Below, in pieces: positions 12,469-24,731 of a DNA stretch of 64,000 bases (the stretch's first letter is position 1; each line of letters opens with the position of its first letter). The translations under genes were made by a program, and so were the position numbers. Where the stretch lies: assembly GCA_973895155.1 (NCBI GenBank), contig OZ316897.1, positions 15,747,375 to 15,811,374 of the forward strand, given 5' to 3'. The stretch comes from Marsupella aquatica (Eukaryota; Plantae; Marchantiophyta). The notes beneath the pieces were generated by a model that saw only the letters and a program-made list of their open reading frames with translations, had not been told where the DNA came from and searched no databases.

Positions 12469-15400
12469 ATGGCTGCTAGTGGAAAGAGTGGATCTGCTGA
12501 GGCAGAAAGTCTCATGACAAGCCTCACCAATGCAGTTTGGACAAGTGAAGACATTTGTGAAGAGATCAAGTGTATCAAGAAGTCATGGTACTTCCGTGAC
12601 GCCAGATTACAGTCCACGGGTTTTGAAGACTGTGTTACCCCAATCCTTTGGGTCCAGTTGCAAAAATCGGCGAAGGTTAATGTTTCGTATGGCCCTGTCA
12701 TTGCTGTTGCCGTCGTCGAGTTCATGGTTGGCCACGGGGAGGGAAAAGTGTTGACAAAGGGCCTTAGTTTCTTGACAATGTGTGAGCGCAAGGGTTTCAC
12801 ATCTCTCATTGTTACTCTCGATAACTTTGATGAGAAATCGATGGACAGTTATCCAGAAGATCCCCTTGTTGCCGATGTTCGGGCAGCAAGAGAGATGAAT
12901 GTTATGGGTTCGGCTTGGATCGGCCAGTATGTGCAAGATTGTGATGCCATCATGCTTCCAAGGGTGAACGTAGAGTACAAGAGACTTGTGGGTGAAGAGT
13001 TCAAACCTATCCACAAAATTGTTTTCAAGAAACCAGGTTCAAGTGGAAGCGGTGGTTCTAATGCCGATAAAATATCGGGGCGGAAAGAACCATTGCAATC
13101 CTCTACACATATTGACGTGGACGAACCTACAACTTCTGGTCGGGTTTCAGGAAGTGGAAAAGGGAAAGGGAGAGGTAGCGGCAGGGGAGATGCCGCGGGA
13201 ACCTCTGACGGTGGGAAGAAGAGCCAGGAAACTGGCGGTAGTGGGAGAGGCCGGGGCAACCATCGAGGACCATCCGTTAAACCAAGCGAAAGTAAAGGAT
13301 CCGAGGGATCCGGGCCATCTGGTTCTGGACTTAGCACAAAGAGGAAGAGGACTGGCTGGACTGAGACGGTGGCTGCAGAGTAGATAGAGCTCCGTCAATT
13401 CCATCAGTTCCAGTCGCGGTTCCTACGGCGCCATTGGTAAGTACTACGTCGTTGTACTGTTTAACAAACACGAAATCCGATAAAAATCTCGCTGTTTATT
13501 TCCTGAATTGTGGATTGTGGAGTTATGTTGAACAAATGCGAACTCCGATAAAAATCTTGCAGTTTCTTTCCTTAATTGAATTTGCAACGCTTTTGTAGGC
13601 TGATCAGGAGGAGGAGACGGCTCTTTTGATGTATGAGACGGACGCGATCAAGGCAGAGCTCAGTCTTCTGATGCAACGAAGGGTGCAAAGGACAACTATG
13701 CTTCTGCATGTCGACAATCTCATATTTGATGAGGAGGGGGATTTGACAACTTTGATTAGACCAGTGGATAGATTGCATGTGGAAAATATGAAGATACTTC
13801 TCATGAAAAACCCCACCAACTTCAGTGCCCCGTTCGTGCTGTGTGTGGATCCGAAGGATTGTCCCACAACCGCAGATTGGGACATCCTGAAGTCAAGGGT
13901 ATGGAAGTATAGAATTATTGGAGGGAATCATGGTGCTCGGGCAAAGTCCGAGTTGTTTAAAATGTACGGGAAGCAAATATATGGTGAGCTGGAAGCTTGG
14001 GTTTACGCTGGGCGTACGAGATCCGAGGTCCAAAAGTTAGGCTTCCAGCATAACTATGACTAGGAGTATCGGAAGAACATGACTAAAATTGACCAAGTTC
14101 GCGCTTGTCACAATATTTTCCTTGAAATGGGTGTGGGCTCGACTAAAGATGTCCGCGAAGCATGTTGTCAAGAATGCATGATGGAGTACACGCCAGGAGT
14201 TCGTGACTCCATGGCCAAACATGATCCGGCTTTCCAAATTGCTTTCCGAACAGGTGAAATTTGGGATCTTCAGGAGCAGATTTTCCAGATGTGGGAGAAA
14301 GGTATTGTCTTAGGACAACCCAAAAAAATTGTGGCAACGACGAACGCAAAGGGAAAGGTGAAACCTTTGACGGTAAGGGAGATTAAAATGAATAAACTTG
14401 CTGGTGACCTCAACTTAAATTCATTTCGAGGTCTCCAAGGACTGTCAAATAAGGAGCATGTCAAGCGTCTCTTGAATAGGGTTATCGGGAAGGTGATCAC
14501 TTTGGATCAAATGCACAAGGAAGGTGAGAAGTTGAAAAAGCTTGCCAAGGTGAAGAAACTATTTTTGCAGATATCTGGTCAGCCAGATTGGGCAACATGC
14601 AGAGAAATGTTTCCCAACGAAACAGATGTCTCGGTCCTTGGCATATGGGCGGAGAAATTGAGTGACGCGGTAAGCATTCCTCTCATAGCATGCTCTATTG
14701 CGAGATTTTTATCGGCTTTAGCATTCCTTTGTTGGTTTCTAAGCGATTGCATCTATCAGCTAGCGTGCTCCATCGCGAGATTTTTATCGACTTTAGCATT
14801 CCTTTGTTGGTTTCTAAGCGATTCCATTTATTGGCTAGCGTGCTCCATCGCGAGATTTTTATCGGCCTTAGCATTCATCTCACGCTATTCTAACTGTAGA
14901 TGTGTCTGACATTCTTACAGCTGAAGATTAATTCAAAAAGGAAAAGCAAAGTGGTTCCGGCTGTCACTTATAATTCTGCGGGGGAGGTTATTGTTTCCTC
15001 AGCTGAAATCCCTTATGTGTTTAAGAATTTTGTGCTTGCTGCAATCGATAAGTACAATCGGCTGAGGTCCTTAGGCGAGGGCACAGCAGAAGCGTTTGAA
15101 CAAACATGGAAAAATGCAGACAGGGATTCTTTTCCCTACTATCTCCATGTTGGTGATGTTCGAATTTTGGATTCTTTTGTTCAGCCAAGGGCTTACACCC
15201 TTGCGGTTGCGGATATTCCGTATGGTTTTAATGCTCCTGGTTCGGAGTTTGATGAAGTGGCCTTCACAGAAAAGGACATTTTAGACATGTTGACAAGTTT
15301 CTCAAAGATGACGACCGCTAAGCAGTGGAGGTTTGTTGTGATCCATTCACTACAACAAACGCATATGGTGATGTCTGCACTGGAGAGTGTATGCAACTGT

Positions 15401-16033
15401 GGGGTCGAGGCTGGAATCTGGGAGAAGACTAACATTCATGAGCGTCCCGCTGGAGCTCGATTGGCGTGGGGTTTTGAGAACTGGTCGATAGGTTTCTATA
15501 GCGAGGAAGGCATTCGGAACATGAACATGTATAATTTCCAACCGGATGAGTCTCGCGTCAATATCATCAAGGTTCCATGTGTAACCAAGAAGTCCGTTGA
15601 TCCATTGGGATTTGTTGTGAACCCATATCAGAAGCCTGTTGGTTTAGGGGCTTGGTTTGTTTCCCATTTCTCTGAGAAAGAGGATTGGGTTATTGATCTT
15701 TGTTGTGGAACCGGATCGACATTAGCTGCTACGCTCCTCAATTCTTGCCAGGGTTGTGCTGTTGATAAGAGTTCTGCGTAGATTGGTTTTGTAAAATCCC
15801 GGATCATGATTCTGGAGTCAAACTGGAATTTATATGAAGAATCCCAGATTGAAGGGCACGGCGTTGAAGGTCATGAGATTCAACCACCAATTGCAGGCCA
15901 ATTGGGTGTACTCGGGACATCGACTTACGTAGTTGAGGTCGTGAAGGAGACCGAAGAGGAACAAGAAGAAACTGAGGAAGAGCCTCCCAGAACACCAAAT
16001 GAGGATGATCTCAACGACATGTTATTAGATTAG
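12469..16033 (+). pseudogene. Element A ParB-like domain + beta-class N6A/N4C DNA methyltransferase fusion (disrupted)
   Basis: Exons about 12469-13436, 13599-14669 and 14921-16033 with GT-AG introns. ParB-like APFVLCVDP..YRIIGGNHGARAK..LGFQHN. MTase motif IV AVADIPYG, then WEKTN, then NPYQKP..DWVIDLCCGTGST (motifs X and I). In-frame TAG at 14061 and 15779 and a frameshift near 13370. Collinear with the open element B protein. Confidence 0.85.
14685..14880. repeat. About 74-bp tandem repeat (about 2.5 copies) in intron 2 of the element A MTase gene
   Basis: Repeated TAGCGTGCTCCATCGCGAGATTTTTATCG..TTTAGCATTCC; each unit holds a palindrome variant. Confidence 0.85.
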
Positions 16034-16353
16034 TTGCGTGTGCTCGTTAGGATAATGTCAATCACCAATGAAGTTGTTGATAAATTTATCGACTTCTGTA
16101 TTCCATGAGGAAGAACCTTTGTCACATTTATTAATGCGATAAATTTATCGGACTTTACATATATCGGACTGTCGCGGTGTTCCTGCTGGGGGAATGGAGT
16201 TGTCGATAATCTTATCGGACAACATTGTATTCTCTAACTGGTTTGTCATTGCAATTATTTAAAAAAAAAGATATCATTATAGCTTCGGAGTACAGAACGA
16301 TAACCACTGTACATATTCATGGGAACGATAACCATTATAACTTAAACCTGAAA

Positions 16354-19300
16354 CTAGCTTCGACTATCAACAACTATAGTCTCCATTGCATTTTGAATGA
16401 TTCGTCTTGTTTGTATAGGGAGAGTACTATTTGCCAATAACGCAAAGTTATACGCATAAACGACAATTTCTGATAGGGACAATTCATCCTCCAGTACTTT
16501 GCTAGACGAAGCCTCTTTCTCCGGATAATATCTGCCTTCAATTGCAGACTCTTCCTCCGAATCCATTGCATACCAAGTGATTTTAATCCGCTCCGGGATG
16601 TCGTTAATTCTTGTGAGAATCTCAGTCACTTTTGCCATCTAGAATGGTCTTCCCTTGGGATCCTGATGGGCTGCTACACATATCATTGCAAATTTAGTAT
16701 TCACCTCTAGATCCTTGAAGTCTCTAATTTCCGTGACTTTTCTTCGACTTCCGGAATACATGACTGTCCTCACACCCGCTACTTTATCAACCAAGCTAGG
16801 TTCCATTGCTGCTTCCGTAGGATTACTCGGAAGTTCTCTCTGTACGTTTACCTTGGGCCAACTCCAATCAAAACTCCATTGTGCAGGTTTCAGGTGGTGC
16901 TGAATCACTTCTTTTTGTTTGTCAAAAAAACGACCCCACCATAGACGATCTGCGTCGTCAAAGTAATTGAATCCATCTTCAATTGCTCTTCGATATTTTT
17001 GAAGAGTTGACAAATAACTTTGAGCCGCCCGCTCATCTTGTTCCTTAGCATCATTCTCTTGCTCTTCATTGTCTCCTGTCGCTCCCGTGGCCGACTTCAA
17101 TGCCATTTGTGGTGCGACCCACATTCCAGATGATGGAATGTACCGAACAAAATCCACCGTCTCCCCCCAATCGATTGTCATTAAAAGATGTTTGGCATGG
17201 AATACGGACCGAGCACTTCCATCTTCGAGTACTCTAGTAATCCGAAATTGTTTTTGAGCACTTATGCCGTGGAGAGTACGTAGAACCTGACCATCAATAT
17301 CCTTGTCATTTGCTTGATCCTTGTCTGACACAAATTTCTTGAAATCGGCAACCTCGTCGATGAAAAATATCTTTGCCGTAGGATTGTAGGATTCCTCTAT
17401 GATTGCTGAAAGAGTGTCCAACCAGAAAGCTTTCCGCTTGTTCAATTTTGAAGAAAACTTGCTAAACATTTGATCAATTTGATCATGGGTGTGCCCCACC
17501 AATAGGAAACCAACCTTTATTTTCTGGAAAACACCTATCTCCACCAACATATTCAAATATGCCATAAGATATTTATTCTTGTTTTCCCGAGCTGTGTTAT
17601 CAAGCTGGAGGTAAAGCACTGGAGGGAGCAGACCTTCCCAGGTATTCAGAATATGCTGGATAACGTGGATGGTCAGGTTGCTATCATTGTGAATATTTGG
17701 ATAGTTCAAAAAAACATTTGAACTTAATTGTTTGTTGAAGATCAAACAACCCACTACGTGTACGGGGATGAAATACTTTTCATCCATATTCTTCGGACAC
17801 CGAATGAAATGAGGTAACTCTGTCTTCTTTTGATCCATTCCATCAATACAGATGCCCAAATATTTCTCCGGACTCTTGTAACATTTGCTCCGGTGCTTTG
17901 CTAACTTCTCCCTCTCGACTGCTTGTGCCTTCCGATGCTCGTTTAGCAATGTTGAGAATTTTCCTACAACAATAAAAAATTTTAGGACAAAACATGATAA
18001 CCGCAATGTTGAACCCTGACAGCGATAAATTTATCGGGTTCAGTATTCAAACACGAGACCGTAATGATAAACCCTGACAACGATAAATTTATCGGGTTCA
18101 GTATTCAAACACAAGACCGTAATGAAAAACTGTGACAGCGATAAATTTATCCGGTTCAGTATTCAAACTGTTCAAACGATATATTCACTCACATGGCCAA
18201 AGAAGAAGCACATGAATACTCAACCTGATTAAATTATCGGGAGTAACACACAGGTTTAGAAATTTACTCTTTTCTGCTTCGAGTGTTGCCTTGTCACGGA
18301 GTGCTTTGAATTCAGTACACGGGGCGCAGGTGGAGAAATGGCTCCTTTTGGGGATGCGCACGCGAGGAAACTCCTTGTTCCAAATGCAAACAAACCACGA
18401 ATATGTCATGCCTTGTTCTTGGCGCATTAGAGTTTCGGACTGGAAGGCATCAAAAACTTCTGTTTTTGTCCAATTGTCAGGTAAATGAAAGATATCCTTG
18501 TTGGGGAGACTCTCGACATTTATGGAAAAAAAATCATCCAGCCATTGGAAGAGACCAAGATGTGTGGGTGATTTTTCTCGACAAAGTGTACCGATCTGTA
18601 TCCGAGAAAACATGTTCTGCGAGATTTTTTGGAGACGATTATTTCCCAGTGAAAATAATTTCTTAAAACCACTTCGACAATAGGATCTACCGCTAACTGA
18701 GTAACCACTTGCACCAGCATGCCCACCCTTCACACATCCTCTTAGAAGGACGTTCTTCTTTGGGTAGGATAGCCCATAGTAATAAGTGCGTTGTTTTGTC
18801 ACGGCTAGCAGACCCAAATTCCGCAGACAGTAATTATCACAACACGAATACTTATGAATTTCTCTCATTTTGTTTCTATTCAATTTGTCATTTATCACAT
18901 TGTCTTTCCTAGTAATTTGGTCCCTATCTTTTTTACTAGGCTCATTTGACTTCTCTACAATCTGAAATCCGTTCATAACATTGGCATTTTTGGGTCCTTC
19001 AAGTGCCTCGCGAATAGATGCATCACTCTCTGCTGAGCTACCATCCTCTATAGATCTCCTTGACGCATTTAGAGGGGCACTGAATAGACGACTATAGCTA
19101 TTCTCTTCGACAGCTCCTTCTAAACATTCAGACACAACTTGTGCTATTATATCGGATTCTCTATCTCCTTCCTCATCTTCGTCCTCCGATGCACTCGACT
19201 CATCTGAAAACACAATTGGACTCCGTGGCTCTCTATACATAACCCGAACGCCACTAAGACCTCTCCTCAATACTTGGAGCCTAGAACCAATGACAGTCCG

Positions 19301-19945
19301 CCCTTGAGAACTTGGAGATTCTGGATTCGCACGTGCAGTCCCAACGACTCCGCAAGCTGCTGGAAAATTGAGCACTTGTTCACCACGATTCCCACGGACC
19401 ATTCGAGAAAGGGCCGAGTCTGAACTTCGCAGTCCGATTCCCTCGCTTGCTCGCACATCCAGTCCAGGCAATGCAAAGACCGATCGCCGTATCGGTCTTT
19501 GTATTTTTGTGTCCCGATCCTCACCCGGAGACTGAAAGATCCGTCGTTCAACTTGTGTTGAATGTGGCGACTTGAATGCCGACTGCGATACGCGTATCAG
19601 TCGCCGGATACCCTCTCCATAACCCGGGATGGATGGCCTGAAGCGACGTCTCGGACCTAAACCTGGGATTGAAAGTTTCTCATTTCTTGGCGATGGAACG
19701 CTCAAGAGACGACGCTTCTCAGGTTTACTAGGCGACACATAGTAAGCACTGGGCTCAGGACCAGAACTTGCATCAGAATCTGAGTCAGAGATTTCGGGCA
19801 CTATTTGTTGTGAGAGAGGTAGAGCTTTAAGTATGCGACTTGGCAAACAGCGAGCGACAAGATTAGGAGAGGATTCAACTGAACTGGAAGGTGAATCTAT
19901 GTCTGATTGAGACATGGCTATCCGAGACACTATGGGGCTTTGCAT
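16354..19945 (-). pseudogene. Element A Sola-like/DUF7869-type DDD transposase (one nonsense codon)
   Basis: Exons 19945-18268 and 17963-16354 with a phase-1 intron giving AEK/RKFST. Motifs IDGMDQKKT, LYLQLDNTARENKN and FLLVGHTHDQIDQMFS. Cys clusters CCDNYCL and CAPC. TAG at 16639-16641 where element B has W (GRPF*MAKV vs ETFWVAKV). Confidence 0.88.
18010..18170. repeat. About 59-bp tandem repeat (x3) in the transposase intron
   Basis: Repeated TGACAGCGATAAATTTATCGGGTTCAGTATTCAAAC. Confidence 0.88.
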
Positions 19946-21109
19946 TCCTCCCACAATCAGGGAAAATGAAAGGCTCAACGGACAGAATGTTGCTCCAAGA
20001 ACACAACTCCCAAAACTCTACTCTCGATAATGACGCCAAAAAATTATCGGCGGTGGCCCTTTTATAGTGTCTGTTGAGGGGTTGGCCCACGTGTCCACTT
20101 TTGATTGGCTGTCACCCTAAACGACAAAATAGCAGAAAAGGGTATATTTCTTGGATTTCCAATTTCATTCTCACACGTGCATCGTGGCAAAATTATATAG
20201 TTTTGAAATTGAAGCGATAAATTTATCTGATGTTGGTATTGCAAAAGTGGTTCCTTCATATGGAAGTTGCAATTTTGAAATTGAAGCGATAAATTTATCT
20301 GATGTTGGTATTGCGAAGAGTTTTCTTCATATGGATAGGAATTTTGAAATTTAACCGATGAACCGAAGGATCTTAGTATTGTCGACTAGTATTTTTGTCG
20401 CCCGTAGTTTTCGCGATAATTTTATCGGACTGCGCATTGCTGTTGAAAGAATGGCATGTTGACTATGGTCACTTGCGGAGGTAACTGGTCAATTGCGGAG
20501 GTAACTGCAAGGTAAATTTGACAAACCGTGCAGTAATTCTTATCGACTGTGATGTAAAATATTTTTGGTAAATATCCAAAAACTGAGAAACCTGAGATTG
20601 GGTCGGAGTTTTCGTGGCTCAAATCCGGAGTCCGATACAGTTATCGCACTTGGCTCGAAACATGGATATGGATTTATAGATAAAACCTTTCATATATCTT
20701 CGGAGAGCGTGAATATGAGGTCGAGGAGAAAGTTTTTCGGATCTAATTGTTCCTTGATAATATGAATGTTTGTTAGCATGAATTTTATTGGTTTTGATCA
20801 TTATTAAATTTGTTGTTTCAATCCGAACTCCGATACGAATTACATTATTTCCCCAAAAATGCGTTTTTGATGAAAAAAACTGGCGATTTCACGAGATTCG
20901 GCGGAAAATAAAAATACACTTCTCGTTTAGAGGAAATAGTTCTCGTTCGGTCCGAAATCGTGTTACTTTGAGTAAAAATGTTTTCCATCGCTGAGCACCA
21001 AGAAGTAGTGTTTTTCAAATAGCATTATTATTGTTACAATAAGCACTTTGATTAAGTACTTTGCCACTACATCTAGGTATATACCAAAGATTTCAGATAC
21101 TACTAAATG

Positions 21110-21679
21110 TACAATGTGAGTCCTTTCACGTTTTGCCGCCACAATATGAATAGGAGCTGCTGGGAAATTGGAGCTGCTGCTTGATGAACAGGAAGTCATT
21201 TCAGGTTTTGCCATCACAGTACCAGTAGGAGCTTCCGGGCAATAGGAGCTGCTGCTTGAGGAAGAGGGAGTCCTTTCAGGCTTTTCCACCCCAGTCCCAA
21301 GAGGAGTTGCTGGGCAATAGGAGCTGCTACGTGAGGAAGAGCGAGTCCTTGAATCTGTTGCCAATATACTACCTACAGGAGCTGCTGGGCAATATGAGCT
21401 GCTGCTTGAGGAAGAATGAGTCCTTTCAGGTTCTGCCGTCACAGTAAATATAGGAGCTGCTGGGCAATATGAGCTGCTTGAGGAAGAGCGAGTCCTTTCA
21501 GGTTCTGCCGTCACTGTAAATATAGGAGCTGCTGGGCAATAGGAGCTGCTGCTTGAGGAAGAGCGAGTCCTTCCACGTCTTGCCGCCATAGTACCACTAG
21601 GAGCTGCTGGGCAATAGGAGCTGCTGCGTGAGGAAGAGCGAGTCCTTGAAAGATAACTGCTGCCAGAACAACTCTCCAC
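21110..21679 (-). CDS. Ser-rich tandem-repeat ORF (about 7 x 26-aa RTRSSSSSSSYCPAAP units), 3' end running into repeat DNA
   Basis: About 75-78-bp in-frame units at ~21120-21650. The ORF tail below ~21110 reads through the mosaic repeat family. Confidence 0.5.
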
Positions 21680-21703
21680 ATAGCTCGGGAGATACCTGTC
21701 CGA

Positions 21704-22204
21704 TTAGCTGCCATTATTATTGCGAGTATCTGACAGATACTCATCCTTAGACGAGGAGCAGACCGCAAACAGATGATTCCCCTTCCGCCTCTTATTAGCA
21801 TTCGTCAATTCCTGAGTGGTCTCGTCGTTACTGCTCAAGTAAGGGGCAGAATAGTCTGCTTCGAAGGTGGAGAAGGAGTTCTCATCTGTGGAGTAGTAGG
21901 ACAAGTATTCAGTGTCCACGCTTTCATTAGTGGGGGACTGTGCCAAAGACTCCACAATAGATCTGCAGTAGTAGTTGCTATCTGAGTTGTTAAATGTGTA
22001 GTAGAGGCTCTCATCTGTGGAACTGTAGTCCGAGCCGGAAACGACATAGGTGTCTCCAAACTGATCTGCACTGCTCCCAGAAGTGGTGTAACTGTCCAAA
22101 TCTGAGACGGAAATGGAATCAGAGCTGGCGTAACTCTCCAAATTAATCACAAGAATCGGTGTCATTGGAAGAGCCACTTGTAGGTTCAGGGCCGCCTTTG
22201 CCAC
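21704..22204 (-). CDS. Ser/Tyr/Asp-rich low-complexity ORF, possibly the upstream part of the Ser-rich gene
   Basis: 166-aa ORF with an internal repeat (YSSTDES/YYSTDEN), on the same strand and directly upstream of 21679. Confidence 0.35.
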   Translation of the reverse strand: MAKAALNLQVALPMTPILVINLESYASSDSISVSDLDSYTTSGSSADQFGDTYVVSGSDYSSTDESLYYTFNNSDSNYYCRSIVESLAQSPTNESVDTEYLSYYSTDENSFSTFEADYSAPYLSSNDETTQELTNANKRRKGNHLFAVCSSSKDEYLSDTRNNNGS

Positions 22205-24731
22205 AAGTGCTGGAGGAGAATCGGCGCTGACAATCCATCATGAGATCTGAGGAAGGAGAAGCTCAAAGACGCAGTACGTAGGATGTACTCCAGCACGAAA
22301 GCAAAATCAACACGAGACAGGGATGTCAGAATGAATGAACTTGAGGCTGAAAGTTTGTCCTTAAATGGTGCCTATAGAAAGAACTAGATCATCAGTCACT
22401 TCAAAGTTCAACCCCAAGCTGAGAGGAGAGTTCAGGTATGTCGTTACATTACGAGAACAACAAAACCTACAAACACGTCCCTCGTCAGTAAAATCCACAT
22501 TTATCAGTTTGAACAGACCATGTTATTTGTTTAGGGTGTAGTCAATTGGCAGTTCCAACCGGAAATTGTGGACTTAGGTTGTTAGGGACAAGGCCGACAA
22601 CTTATGATTTTCTTCGTTTGATTTGTTTGCAGCATGAGGCAAAATGGACATACTCCCTTGTTGGTAAAACTCCCACTAAGGCACTCTTTCCCCTAACATA
22701 CTAACACTAAACTGGGGGAACACCCAAAGTGTGTAAATGAGACAACATTCCACATTAAATAATAGCGAATTTTCCCCACTGCATTTAACAAGTGTAAATA
22801 TTACTGGGGAAAAGAATAATGAAAAAATTATCATTATACTAAAGTTTAGGCTTTGATTTCATTTTGTGTGTAATTTGTCCACCATCCCAACAGTTTTTAC
22901 TCTTGGTATTCGAGGCTCTTTGTAAAATGCCGTTCGATACTCGACACTGTCCTTGAATCCTCCCTCATTTTGTAAATATGTTAACTATGGCGTTCCCTAC
23001 AGACCTCATATTCGTACCTGAAGGCCTCCTTCACTAGCTAGCATGAAGGATCCCTAGAAGCTGAGTCATCTTGTAGTTGGTAGAATGTGAACTTCAGACT
23101 GGCTGGTTGAATTTATTTTAGAGTATTACAGCCAATCTACTGGCCATAAATCTGATAGCCAGGAATTTCTTTGCATGTTACTTTACTGAGTGGTGAAAAC
23201 GATCGATTCAACATCGCTAATAAAGGTGTCCTTGACCTCTCAAATCTACCGAGTCAACTCTGATTAAAAGAAACGAGTTTTCATCTGCAACATTCCACAC
23301 CCGCTTTGATTTCTTTGTCCCTTGCTTTGGCGCCCCTCCTATTATGAACATGGCAATGCTCAGATTAGCCGTTCGTGCGTAAAATGTATATATGCCCAGC
23401 ATCTCATACACGTTGTTGCTGGAGCATAAGCAGAAATCAAAGAAGCCGGTGATCACTCAAAACAAAAATATTTGCCTCGGACAGCCAAATGGCAGAGCCA
23501 CGAGGAATTAAATGATTAGCTGCATCACAAATTGGGAACAGCTCCTGCCCAAGATGTGTCTAAGAGAAATGCATCCGCCGAACCTGTTCATGCGATCTCC
23601 GTCAAGAGCGAGCCCTGGCCCTATGTAGGGAGTGCGTCTTCGAAATTCAATTATGCTATTTTATCATAGTCACAGTACCAGCTCAATTTAGAATTATAAA
23701 TTTGCCTTCAAGGTAGAATAAGCGCCGACCCTCAAACGCTAATGACAACAAAACAATGAGGGATGGTTATTTGCCGTCAAGAATTGGCACCGGCCCTCAA
23801 AAGGTGATGACACCAAAACCATGGGGGTTGGTTATTTCATTCAGCGCAACTTTCTCTTTCCTGAAGAATCAGTGCTTGGTAAGCCTTTCTTAATCCTTTC
23901 TTACTTCATAACCTTCGAACACAAGCCGCATTCCTACAACTTTGGCTCGATGATTTGACATTCAAGAATCATGGGGTCGTTTCCACAATTTTGGCATGCA
24001 TCCCAAATCCGGTGGCAAAAGGAACTTGAGAGCGGTGTTAGTCATTCTCTAGTGAACTTCAGTAACATTGCAGTCAAGTAAGTGTTGGGCCATCCATTAA
24101 GAATTTGAATGGCGGTCAATCTTTCCAACCCTTGGCTGTTTCGGGCGTTACCCCCAACAGCCGAGAACTGCCATTTGACATGGGCTACTAATTTCTTATA
24201 GGCCCGTATCCTATCTTGGGGAATAAACGACATTCCGAGCATTTCGCCCAGGGACATGCATTATTTTACCTCGCGGTTCCCTTAGGTCAAACTGTTGGCT
24301 TCTAGTATGGTGGAAGGAGACCGCACCATAAGGTAACCCCTGCTCAAAACCTTGCAGCAGTCACTGCATCACCTCCAGAAAACTTGAAATGAAAACAAAT
24401 CGCATGAGAACTTCAGCTAGTGAAACAGCTACCTATAATAGTCGTTGAGGCCAACTTTGCAATTGCAGACTAAGCTACTAAGAACTGCCCAGTATGAATA
24501 CTTATGCCTGCAGAGGTCAGCTCTATATGTACAAGACAGCAGACGATTACTACTGAGGACCTGATCATCAAGTCAAAGACTCTGAACCATTGAAGATTTG
24601 AATAACAAAACACTCAGGAGACTTGCATTGCAGAACGCTATTATCAAGGCTTGTGACGAGTCTCATTATCTGCAACCCAACTGAAATGACATGATGGTGT
24701 CTAACTCAATAAATGATCATACAAGGTAACA

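Larger units (their letters stand above)
9707..20647. repeat. Dispersed 16-bp palindrome (C/G)CGATAAATTTATCG(G/C), about 25 perfect or near-perfect copies, confined to element A
   Basis: Copies at 9707, 9800, 9878, 9934, 10027, 11268, 12345, 12416, ~13477, ~13545, ~14700, ~14775, ~14849, ~16077, ~16136, ~16203, ~18022, ~18080, ~18138, ~18226, ~20214, ~20286, ~20413 and ~20632. None noticed outside the TIRs. Confidence 0.9.
9261..20964. mobile_element. Element A: 11.7-kb Sola-like TIR DNA transposon carrying a ParB-like/amino-methyltransferase gene and cargo ORFs
   Basis: TIRs ACCATGATTTCGGACCGACCGAGAA (9261-9285) and the reverse complement of 20940-20964, AACACGATTTCGGACCGAACGAGAA, match at 22/25. 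The 4-bp TSD ACTT is at 9257-9260 and 20965-20968. The flanks rejoin in the inverted paralogue near 38231. Encodes a DDD transposase. Confidence 0.9.

Noticed and set aside
12402-13404. Several antisense and alternative-frame ORFs over the element genes (also 16715-19551 plus strand, 50771-53905 minus strand)
   Set aside because: Shadows of the real coding frames with no independent motifs.
12469-16033. Bacterial or phage contamination as the source of the ParB-MTase genes
   Set aside because: Both copies have spliceosomal GT-AG introns, lie within TIRs and are embedded in plant repeats with a matching empty site.
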